The notes under the pieces: generated by a model
Seen by the model: only the letters and a program-made list of their open reading frames with translations
Told to the model about the DNA's origin: nothing
The model's database searches: none
In this document: positions 20,601 to 28,380 of the stretch, piece by piece
Numbering within the stretch: the stretch's first letter is position 1
Layout: the number at the start of each line of letters is the position of its first letter
Translations under genes and position numbers: made by a program
Assembly (NCBI GenBank): GCA_902384455.1
Contig: CABMCB010000071.1
Span: 160,001-224,000 of the forward strand
Length of the DNA: 64,000 bases
Reading direction: 5' to 3'
DNA from: an uncultured archaeon
Lineage (GTDB): Archaea > Altiarchaeota > Altiarchaeia > IMC4 > SCGC-AAA252-I15

Positions 20601-23030
20601 CAGGCGGAGTACGCGAAAGAACTTCTTAACTCCCTGCGGCACAGGAGCGACAAATACGAGACCTGCCGTTTGATAACCCAGACTGTCTCAGGATTAATTC
20701 CGCAGTTCTCGCGGCAGGAAACACTGGAGTTCCTTGCCGCCCTTCCAGTTGAAATAAGCGCAGTAGAACAAAGAAGAGACCACGCAGGAGTAAGAGGTCA
20801 AGTAGCCAAACTTGCGGCAACAGCATTTGAGGCGTTGGGGCCAGAAGGCCTTCAGGAAGGATTAAACGCGGTATTACAGACGATAGACCACCCGCCTAAA
20901 GATTCTCACATAGACGCCGAAAGGACTCTCATAGACATAGGGCGGGCTGTGTCGGACGATTCATTGCTTTTGTCGTTCGCCCGCAGAATAGCCCCGAACT
21001 TATCCGACCCTTACTCTCAACGGAGGGGAGACGCGGCAGAGGCGCTTGCCGAATTCGGAAGCAAAATTCAAAATCCCCAAATTCTTGCGGAACTTGTGGC
21101 TTTAATAGAACCCTCCCGGCAAAGCCCAATATCTGAAATAAGCAGGACCGCCTCCAACACCCTCACCCGCATGAGAGACCTAACTCCTACAGAAGCCGCA
21201 GAAAGACGGGCGATAATAACCGGCGCACCACCTCCCGCCGAAGTCACAGACGAAAAACGCCTAGCAACACTAAGCGAACTATGCGCCCACCCAACAGCAC
21301 TCTACCACGACGAGTCCATACGATGGGTCGAAGAACTAGCAAACGGCCTCAACGACCCCCAGATGAAGGTTACGGCTGCTGAAATGCTTTTGGGCACTGG
21401 CCGGCGGAAAACCGAAAGGAGAATGACAGCTTTGGTTGCCACACTTGTTGAGCCTGAAAAGCTAGACGGGATACTTCAGGAAGCAATAACGGGTCTTTCT
21501 GCAGGAGACGGAAGCAGGGAAACAACGCTTGCAGGCCTAAGCGAACTCGGGGCGCTTGTGCCCTACTGCAGAAACCCGCATATTCTTGCTCAAGTCTCAC
21601 AGATGAGGGACGGCCTGATCATGAGTTTGTGCGAGGCGAGAAAATTGAGTTCCGTGGAAGTGGGCGCTATAAGCCGCATTTTAGAGGAGACTTCGGCTGC
21701 CGGAGTCAGCGGCGAGTTGATGAATGCTTTCAGCGCGGTGGAGATGCCTTATGACGCAGGGTCCCTTCGTCTGATATCCGAACTCGCCTTCTGGACAGGC
21801 TCAAAAATAGTTCCCGGAACCCTGCCGGCATACTGCACCCTAGACAGAAGCTCATTCATATTCAGCCCTCAATCACAGGAAGCAGGATACACGGAAACCG
21901 TCTTAGCCTCCCTTAAGGAAACAGTCGAACTGGGGCTCATAACGGAGAAAGGCCTAGGATACGACCTGCCGATAAAGGATCCGCGGTATAAAATAGGAAA
22001 CGCCTTCCACGGAAGAAGCTCCTTCTCCATAAGCGAACCCACCCAAGGAGACACCTCATCTTACGCCCGCGTATTCAAGGCAAACGGCACATACTACGGA
22101 ACAGACGGAATAAGCTTCCAATGGCGAGGAGGCCAAAACGAAATCCACCTCGAAGTCCACATGTTCTGGGGAGGAGACATACTCAAACTAAGCGACATAC
22201 AAGCAAGAAACGCATTGCGCATAAGAAAAGGACTAAACGACCTATACAACCAAGGCGACCCCCACATACGCCGTGCGGTAGAAGAATTCGGCGCATTCCC
22301 GATAACAGAAGACGGAATAAACCCCGACGCAATATACCAACCATTCGGCCAATTCAAACCCCAATTCATACCTCAATGGCTAAACCCTGAAGAAAGCAAA
22401 ACAGGCGAAAGCATAGGGAGAATAAGAAACATACGACACAGAGACGGCCTAAGCATAGCAGGAGTGCCGGACGAATACATAAGAGGCCACAGGATAATCG
22501 GATACATAGTGCCGGTGCCGGAGCGCGTAGGCGAACTGACCCCTATAGGGCAGGCAGATGCCGCCTGGGTTAAAACGTTTTCCTACTGCGGATACCAGCT
22601 GATACGCCAGCCAGGCCAAATTCCTCGCGTAATGAAAGACGGGCAGGAAGTCGAATACAGGGAAGCAGCCCGTGAAGTGCTTTATGGATTCGCCTCCCGG
22701 TGGGCCTCAGTAAACTATTACGTGCACCACATACTCAACGGGGCTCTATCTAACGACTTCGGATCCGTATACGACGATGAACAAAAGCACAACTCTGGGT
22801 TCTGCCTGCATGACTTGGACGTAGCATGGGCCGGCGACCAGTACGATGCCATGCACAACCGCACTCCCACAAGCAAGCCCACACTAAGCAACTCACGAGA
22901 ATACTACCAGCGGGAAGACGACAGAAACGCCCTCCAACTTCTGGACTACATCGCCGGGCTGCTTAGGGTGCCGGAAATGCACCAAGAAGCGCAAAACATA
23001 TTCCTGGAAATAAACCCCCCATCAAGGTAA
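17694..23030 (+). CDS. Very large alpha-helical (HEAT/ARM-like) protein with a possible kinase-like C-terminal domain
   Basis: ~1780-codon open frame. HEAT-like units (HPIEFVRENAAAVL, LSDPYSQRRGDAAEAL, SPISEISRTASNTL) and a distinct globular C-terminus. Confidence 0.7.
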   Translation: MKVVASPASSGEDLDVPSTLPALDERAAAIAQNLALKSGSQRAQAYLRSSEGQRGQDGSGVGDGSDDSFSRRRKRRKQPFEGVPEEFARRAAKDSFREEISSLSQAELGRLAVTLSKYAETGMPIEQERVVAASVVEQCLSPEVLGRFDREALVSECVSFGGVRGHVDGEVAARLGLASDGSEGALVREVEAGLRRASEVVGIRSDSVVFDAARAFELVVPLIGDSNVLRGVYSEIVGWGVGGRRLEGISDERAHLAGLVVRRLDDWVKREFACGLVAEGFNPRYSSRRSLIREAVSVADSCSDGSRIAVAEVLFDRLGSLESDDSSLNAATEAIGGVLSGVRHGRAVEDFLSTHDLRLHPSGRVRNAYAVMLGNLGAASQESGVKVLCASKLSDLFDFPPHERRNTEHHLDVSEVPFTAGTQLLKVARSMDDPADLMPVVDGVSRHVDHPIEFVRENAAAVLMGIRSHVGGLDASRVVLSEVEESMSATIGSHRNAFPGSEPQVDAIKKGVARVIRKHGAAAAKSDDPAETLGRLSERVFDGVEFPDTYSEGLTRLKAAIAGELADQTPVLNNLGSTADDLKAPVLARIDDALAHYPYHLAGDLVREDLVGRLIGRVNASKGMQHSEFDGSLVYHRQLAGSMVLGIADGVVEEASALRVLSTLLSNVAGYHEYGLPVNANEFSETLSRLCSRISSSEGAEAAAVMLLDRCDRQNYYWRDVPFVGLACGMAGKISDSESAGRVLPAFERAAKAWQPNNVGEGNSALDEVVRLCALCPPQRRAQVISGLVGDVLGKSDEDRFLGLIYNAPLTARAIVKIASLGSAEERVETVRAAVVDVGKVPRDERELLMYGAVRACVSDDEVKQVAAAASEILFPGDKSSPMYCATTSARSLMADRSGLSSREPPVVVEFDEATETAKRCALLIEDPTERFTAAKNFVPSYSFHEDRYNVAALSAANSVVATLNGHGVQAEYAKELLNSLRHRSDKYETCRLITQTVSGLIPQFSRQETLEFLAALPVEISAVEQRRDHAGVRGQVAKLAATAFEALGPEGLQEGLNAVLQTIDHPPKDSHIDAERTLIDIGRAVSDDSLLLSFARRIAPNLSDPYSQRRGDAAEALAEFGSKIQNPQILAELVALIEPSRQSPISEISRTASNTLTRMRDLTPTEAAERRAIITGAPPPAEVTDEKRLATLSELCAHPTALYHDESIRWVEELANGLNDPQMKVTAAEMLLGTGRRKTERRMTALVATLVEPEKLDGILQEAITGLSAGDGSRETTLAGLSELGALVPYCRNPHILAQVSQMRDGLIMSLCEARKLSSVEVGAISRILEETSAAGVSGELMNAFSAVEMPYDAGSLRLISELAFWTGSKIVPGTLPAYCTLDRSSFIFSPQSQEAGYTETVLASLKETVELGLITEKGLGYDLPIKDPRYKIGNAFHGRSSFSISEPTQGDTSSYARVFKANGTYYGTDGISFQWRGGQNEIHLEVHMFWGGDILKLSDIQARNALRIRKGLNDLYNQGDPHIRRAVEEFGAFPITEDGINPDAIYQPFGQFKPQFIPQWLNPEESKTGESIGRIRNIRHRDGLSIAGVPDEYIRGHRIIGYIVPVPERVGELTPIGQADAAWVKTFSYCGYQLIRQPGQIPRVMKDGQEVEYREAAREVLYGFASRWASVNYYVHHILNGALSNDFGSVYDDEQKHNSGFCLHDLDVAWAGDQYDAMHNRTPTSKPTLSNSREYYQREDDRNALQLLDYIAGLLRVPEMHQEAQNIFLEINPPSR

Positions 23031-23045
23031 GGCGCAATAAATCAT

Positions 23046-24218
23046 CTACGCCAAAGATTTCGCTATCTCCTTCTCCGCCTTCTCCTGCAGAGGATTGGTT
23101 ACTGCGTCTTCCGCAGCAAACATCACCTTCTGGACGGCGGTAGGGTGGGTTCGAGCGTACCTATCCCTGCACTCGTCCCTGAATTCCCCGATTGATAAAC
23201 TGTCGCAGACGCTTACGTTCATCGTGTTGACTGCAACGTCGCCAACGCAATCAATATGATTATCAAAATCCTTAACTTTGTCGCACAATTCAGGACGCTT
23301 CCACTTAGACGCCACTGCGACAACGCACTCTTTGTACTCCTCAGGGTAACTCCCCATCTTACCACAGTACAATTCATTCCCTCTATCCGCCGCAACCGCC
23401 GTAAAACAAGCGCCGCTACCCCCCTCAAAATTAGATATAGGAAGCAGGGAGTTGTTGACCTTATTGCAAGACTCCGGGTCTGCGGCGTTAATGCCGACAT
23501 GCAGATAACACCGGTTGGCGTCAAACTCATTCGTAAGATTACTGCAGGCCTCAGGATTCCTCCCAATAGAAGCAAGACAAAGCGATTTGTCACTCCCCCC
23601 AAGCTTGTTGCAGACGCCTGCCTCCCTAGTTGAAAGGCCTACCTGCAGGTTGCATTTGTCGCGGGTGTATGCGCCTTCGATTTTGTCGCATAGGTCTGTG
23701 CTGTTGGCGTTGGTGCCTGAGTACCCGTAGCAGTCGTCTTTGAGGTCTTTAGAGTTTATCTTGTTGCAGAGTTCTGGTTTGTTGTGGAATTTTCCTATGC
23801 GCCCCAGGCAGGCATCGCGGCTTGATTCGTCAGTCAGCTGTTCGCACATGGAGGAGTCACCTTTGGAGAAGGCGACGTCACCCAGACAGGACTCTGCGTC
23901 GCTCTTTTTAGGGAACTTCTCGCATATCGCAGGATCCTTGTTCCTCGTCGCCGCATTAGTAAGGCACTGTGTCTGACGGGTATCATCAGGAAACAGGCTA
24001 CATTTGTCGGGGTCGTCTATTATGCTGCCTAATGAATTAAGGCACTCCTCCCGGTCACTAGTATAATTGTGTTGGAGGCATATTCGCGGGTCCTCGGAAT
24101 CCAAGGCTTTCTGGGTTATTGGGTCGTGCTCCTCAAAGCAGCCCGAAGCAAAAACAACGATTAAAACGGCGGCAAACGCCGTCCACACCCCCCTAGCGGG
24201 ATGACGAGCGGTTGCCAT
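23046..24218 (-). CDS. Lipoprotein-like protein with tandem paired-Cys helical repeats
   Basis: Signal ending ASGC, about 12 repeats of C-x2-[IL]-x6-8-C at ~25-aa period. Confidence 0.8.
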   Translation of the reverse strand: MATARHPARGVWTAFAAVLIVVFASGCFEEHDPITQKALDSEDPRICLQHNYTSDREECLNSLGSIIDDPDKCSLFPDDTRQTQCLTNAATRNKDPAICEKFPKKSDAESCLGDVAFSKGDSSMCEQLTDESSRDACLGRIGKFHNKPELCNKINSKDLKDDCYGYSGTNANSTDLCDKIEGAYTRDKCNLQVGLSTREAGVCNKLGGSDKSLCLASIGRNPEACSNLTNEFDANRCYLHVGINAADPESCNKVNNSLLPISNFEGGSGACFTAVAADRGNELYCGKMGSYPEEYKECVVAVASKWKRPELCDKVKDFDNHIDCVGDVAVNTMNVSVCDSLSIGEFRDECRDRYARTHPTAVQKVMFAAEDAVTNPLQEKAEKEIAKSLA

Positions 24219-24224
24219 ACGGGC

Positions 24225-24764
24225 TCAGTCGATTACGGCGCCGTACTCCTTAACCATGTCGCGGGTGCGCTTAGCGGCCTTAGTCGCATCCTCAGGGGTC
24301 TTGGCGCCCGTGATAATAATGCGTCCTGACCGGAATATTAGCATCACCGTCTTGGGTTTGTCGAGTCGGAAAACAAGGCCTGGAAACTGCTCCGGCTCAT
24401 ACTCGGTATTCTCTGCTTCCATCGCCAAGACGTCCAGGTTCACTTTGACGTTCATTGACGCGGAAGCCACAATGTTTTGAATCTCAACAAGAGGCGTCTC
24501 AGAAACGCGCATTCCAGCGCCCCTAAGCTTGGAAAGAAGCTGCTTTAGGGCGGCGTTTATGTCGTCGATGTTTCTGGCTCCGCTGCAGATGACTTTGCCC
24601 GTGCGGAACACAAGCATAGCCACCTTAGGCTTCTGAAGCCTGTAAATAACCCCCGGAAACTTATTCGGGTTCTCAATCTCAGGCACGGCCTTAGTCAGCT
24701 TCTCCAAGTCTATGTTGCGGTAAAGCGTGATAGACGAGACGATGTTTTCGATGTTGGGCTTCAT
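24225..24764 (-). CDS. tbp: TATA-box-binding protein
   Basis: Two repeats: IENIVSS...FPGVIYR...FRTGKVICSGA and IQNIVAS...YEPEQFPGLVFR...FRSGRIIITGAK. Confidence 0.96.
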   Translation of the reverse strand: MKPNIENIVSSITLYRNIDLEKLTKAVPEIENPNKFPGVIYRLQKPKVAMLVFRTGKVICSGARNIDDINAALKQLLSKLRGAGMRVSETPLVEIQNIVASASMNVKVNLDVLAMEAENTEYEPEQFPGLVFRLDKPKTVMLIFRSGRIIITGAKTPEDATKAAKRTRDMVKEYGAVID

Positions 24765-24826
24765 TGTCCTTTATAAATACGGTATGTTATAAACGGGGGT
24801 CATTTAAATATATAATCCCCACCACG
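24765..24826. promoter_or_regulatory. Divergent promoter region with several TATA-like boxes
   Basis: TTTATAAA, TTATAAA and TTTAAATA within a 62-bp gap between divergent starts. Confidence 0.5.
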
Positions 24827-25573
24827 ATGGACCAAGCTGCTTACTCTGCGCTCTATAGCCGGCTTACGAAACCGGATGACTACGCCGAGTTGGCGCGGGA
24901 ATACCGCATCACCAAGGAGACGGTCCACGTCCTGCATTGCCAGAAAATAGTCCGCGAAGTAAAAAGCCGCCACTCCTACGTCATGCAAAAGGCCCCGGAA
25001 ATGCTCGAAAGGTGGAAGCGCGGGGAAACGTTCCTTAAATTGGCCCGCCACTTCGATTTTCCCCCCGCCTTAACCGCAAGCATAATACTTAGAACCGACG
25101 GATACAGCCGCGGCCATATACAGCAGATGATGAAGGAGCCCTCATCCATAGACAAGCCCCGCATTAGGAGGGAGCTGGAGGAGGCGCTGGAAAACGAACT
25201 GGTTTACAGTCCCCAACGCCTGACGGAGCAGGTGGAGAGGGGAAAACGCACGGAAAACTACATAGCCCGCTGGCTAGACAAAAGAAACGCCCAATACACC
25301 ACTGAAGCCCAAGCCAAAGAAGCCGGCCACCAAGGCAAAACACCCGACTTCCTACTTGCGCACCCCATAGACTTTCAGGGGAAAAAAATAAACTGGATTG
25401 AATGCAAAGGAAGCTTCGGCGACCCCAAAGAAATCCGCATCAACTACCGCAAGCAGCTAATGCACTACCTGGAGCTGTTCGGATACGGCGTCGTACTATA
25501 CTGGTACGGCGTAGTAGACGGACACCAAGTAAAAGACGTCGGCATATACGAGCCGTCAGCCTTCAGGGATTAA
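24827..25573 (+). CDS. TPD domain / C15orf41 (CDIN1)-like PD-(D/E)XK nuclease-fold protein
   Basis: N-terminal HTH-like region and GKTPDFLL...INWIECKGSFGD...YxxxFGxG motifs. Start set at ATG 24827. Confidence 0.8.
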   Translation: MDQAAYSALYSRLTKPDDYAELAREYRITKETVHVLHCQKIVREVKSRHSYVMQKAPEMLERWKRGETFLKLARHFDFPPALTASIILRTDGYSRGHIQQMMKEPSSIDKPRIRRELEEALENELVYSPQRLTEQVERGKRTENYIARWLDKRNAQYTTEAQAKEAGHQGKTPDFLLAHPIDFQGKKINWIECKGSFGDPKEIRINYRKQLMHYLELFGYGVVLYWYGVVDGHQVKDVGIYEPSAFRD

Positions 25574-25585
25574 GGAGGCGAAAAA

Positions 25586-27337
25586 ATGGCAGAACCAACC
25601 GTCCTAGTCGGGCTTGCAGTCGTCATCGGCTCAGCCACACTACTCGCATACATAGCCCACCTTATGAAGCAGCCTCTCGTCCTCGCATACGTCTTCGCAG
25701 GGCTACTAATCGGTCCCGGAGGATTCGGAATCATATCAAACAGCGACACAGTATTCTCTTTCTCGGAACTAGGAATAGCATTCTTCCTATTCGTAATCGG
25801 AATCCAAATCGACCTAAACAAAATCCGCGACATAGGATTCACAGTCGCAGCAGCAGGACTAACACAAATAATACTCACATTCCTGGCGGGATACGGCCTC
25901 TCCCTTTTTCTGGGTTTTTCTCACATCGTAAGCGTCTATTTGGGGCTTGTGATGACTTTCTCCAGCACTCTTGTCGTAGTTAAGATGCTGGCTGAAAAGG
26001 AGGAGTTGGATTCAATTCACGGCCGCATCGCTATTGGAATACTTCTTCTGCAGGACGTGGTCGCCATTATGGCGCTAGCAATCCTCAAGGACTACTCTTC
26101 TGAGGGATTAAGCAGCGTGATACTGCAGCCGCTTGCGATGTCTGCCGGACTGCTTGTTCTTTCGGTGGCTGCAAGCAGGATGTTGCTTCCGCCTTTGATG
26201 CGGTTTTTCGCCCATAATCAGGAGCTTCTGTTTCTCTCGGCTCTCTCATGGTGCTTCCTTTTTTCATTGCTCGCCCATCAGATGGGGCTTTCCATAGCAA
26301 TCGGAAGCTACCTTGCGGGAGTGGGAATAGGCGGCCTACCCTACAACCTTGAGATTGCGGGGTTAATTCGGGGTTTGAGGGATTTTTTTGCGACTTTGTT
26401 TTTCGTGTCTTTGGGTATGCAGCTTTCTTTGGGCCACTTAAGCGGCGCTTTGCCTGCGATAATCCTCTTCTCCATTCTGGTGCTCATTATCAAGCCGCTT
26501 AGCACTGTCTGGGTTGTTACTTTGCTTGGGTACAAGAGCCGGACGTCGTTCTTCTCAAGCATATCCCTTGGTCAGGTCAGCGAGTTCAGCCTGATACTTG
26601 TTTCCACCGGCGTAGGATTGGGTGTATTAAGCCCCAGCATAAGCTCTCTTGTTGCGGCCGTGACGGTGTTCACAATAATTACTACGTCTTATGCTCTAAG
26701 GTACAAGGAGAAACTTTTTATTGGCGTTGCCCGTCCGCTCAAGACGCTGGAGGAGAAAGGCTTCCGCAACAGGGTGCCTGTTGGCATTCCAGTCCGCCAT
26801 AAGGACCACATTGTTCTTGCGGGATGCAACCGCATGGGTTACTCCATACTTGAGACCCTCAAATCGCTGAGGCACGACTTCATAGTGGTAGACTTGGATC
26901 CCGACATAATCCAGGACCTGATGAACGAGGGCGTGCCATGCATCTACGGGGACATAAAGGATTCGGAGATAACAGAGCGCCTATACCTGAAGGACGCAAG
27001 CATAATAATCTCTACCGTAACCCAAAAGGACGACAACATCCGCTTAATAGAGGAAGTAAGGAAGGCCAACCCTAAGGCGCTTGTAATAGTCACCGCGCTC
27101 AACGTGGACACTGCGTTGGGCTTCTATCGGTTCGGCGCCGACTACGTGATTCTGCCTAAGATGCTTGCGGGAGAGAAAGTCGCCGACATCATAGTGGAAA
27201 ACGTCAGGAACCCCAAGCATCTTGGCGCATTAAGGGAGACTCACATTGTGGAACTGAAGTACATCAAGCGGCAGGAACTGCTGCGCAGATTCGAGCCCAC
27301 TTCATTGCGGATAGCAGAACGCCGGCTGCCCCCATGA
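25586..27337 (+). CDS. Cation:proton antiporter (CPA2/Kef-type) with TrkA-N/RCK domain
   Basis: FSST, LLQDVV, LGQVSEFS, C-terminal GCNRMG and YGD motifs. Confidence 0.92.
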   Translation: MAEPTVLVGLAVVIGSATLLAYIAHLMKQPLVLAYVFAGLLIGPGGFGIISNSDTVFSFSELGIAFFLFVIGIQIDLNKIRDIGFTVAAAGLTQIILTFLAGYGLSLFLGFSHIVSVYLGLVMTFSSTLVVVKMLAEKEELDSIHGRIAIGILLLQDVVAIMALAILKDYSSEGLSSVILQPLAMSAGLLVLSVAASRMLLPPLMRFFAHNQELLFLSALSWCFLFSLLAHQMGLSIAIGSYLAGVGIGGLPYNLEIAGLIRGLRDFFATLFFVSLGMQLSLGHLSGALPAIILFSILVLIIKPLSTVWVVTLLGYKSRTSFFSSISLGQVSEFSLILVSTGVGLGVLSPSISSLVAAVTVFTIITTSYALRYKEKLFIGVARPLKTLEEKGFRNRVPVGIPVRHKDHIVLAGCNRMGYSILETLKSLRHDFIVVDLDPDIIQDLMNEGVPCIYGDIKDSEITERLYLKDASIIISTVTQKDDNIRLIEEVRKANPKALVIVTALNVDTALGFYRFGADYVILPKMLAGEKVADIIVENVRNPKHLGALRETHIVELKYIKRQELLRRFEPTSLRIAERRLPP

Positions 27338-28068
27338 GAAAACGCCCAAGCAACCCTGTTGAGGGCGCATACGCAGCGCTTCTTTCATATTACGGGCCTC
27401 AGGGCTGGTGGCCGCTTTATGACTCGCATAAGGGGTTTTTAGCGTATCACCCCGGAAACTATTTGATCCCTGGTTCGGAGTGCGGGCGCGTTGAGGTGGC
27501 GTTTGGGGCTGTGCTTGCTCAGAACACAAGCTGGATTAACGCGGAAAAAGCTCTCATCAACCTGATAACAAACGATTCCCTTTCCGTCGAATCAATACTG
27601 CATCTGCCTGAAACTCGGCTCGCCATTTTTTTGCGTCCCGCAGGATACTACAACCAGAAAGCCAAGAAACTTAAGGCGCTATCCAAATTCATCAAAGAAG
27701 AAGGCAAAGGAAAATTAAGCCCTCTGAAAAAAATCCCCACTCAAAAACTCCGCGATAAAATGCTTAACGTATGGGGGTGCGGTCCTGAAACAGTCGATAG
27801 CATACTTCTTTACGCGCTAAACAAACCCTCATTTGTGGTGGACGCGTACACCCGCCGCATAAGCGCACGCATGGGTTGGACATCAGAAGACGCAAGCTAC
27901 AACGACCTAAAGGAAAAATTCGAGACGAACCTCCCGCCCAAGGACGCCGAAATCTACAAGGAATACCACGCGCTCATAGTAGAACACGCAAAACGCCACT
28001 GCACAAAGACGCGGCCTAAATGCCAAAACTGCCCGCTGAAAGAAAAATGCGAGTACAATAACGCCTAA
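27334..28068 (+). CDS. Endonuclease III-related HhH-GPD protein
   Basis: GPQGWWP, LAQNTSW, GCGPETVDSILLYA, VVDAYTRR, C-terminal C-x6-C-x2-C-x5-C. Confidence 0.9.
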   Translation: MRKRPSNPVEGAYAALLSYYGPQGWWPLYDSHKGFLAYHPGNYLIPGSECGRVEVAFGAVLAQNTSWINAEKALINLITNDSLSVESILHLPETRLAIFLRPAGYYNQKAKKLKALSKFIKEEGKGKLSPLKKIPTQKLRDKMLNVWGCGPETVDSILLYALNKPSFVVDAYTRRISARMGWTSEDASYNDLKEKFETNLPPKDAEIYKEYHALIVEHAKRHCTKTRPKCQNCPLKEKCEYNNA

Positions 28069-28070
28069 CT

Positions 28071-28379
28071 TCAGTCAGTCTCCTCTTCCTCAACGCCCTT
28101 AAGGCGGGAAACAAACTTCCTGTAGAAACCCCTAACGCCAGTCTTCGCAGGAGCAGGTCGCTCCTCGCCGTAAAACATCGGGCGGCTGACTTGGCTCTTC
28201 AAGTCCTCATCGATTAAGACCGACTTAGTCTGCACTCCAAGCTCCTGCTCCAAACTAGCAATCTCGGCGTCCACGGCCTTAAGCCTGCTGTGGATTATTT
28301 CAAGGCGCGCCCTGCGCGAATTCTCCCTAAGCAACGAGGATTCTATGTAAGACTCACTCTGCCTGTTTGCTGCAGGCAT
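28071..28379 (-). CDS. Hypothetical coiled-coil protein
   Basis: ATG 28379 lies 2 nt after the upstream stop, which removes the overlap of the longer call. Confidence 0.55.
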   Translation of the reverse strand: MPAANRQSESYIESSLLRENSRRARLEIIHSRLKAVDAEIASLEQELGVQTKSVLIDEDLKSQVSRPMFYGEERPAPAKTGVRGFYRKFVSRLKGVEEEETD

Positions 28380-28380
28380 T

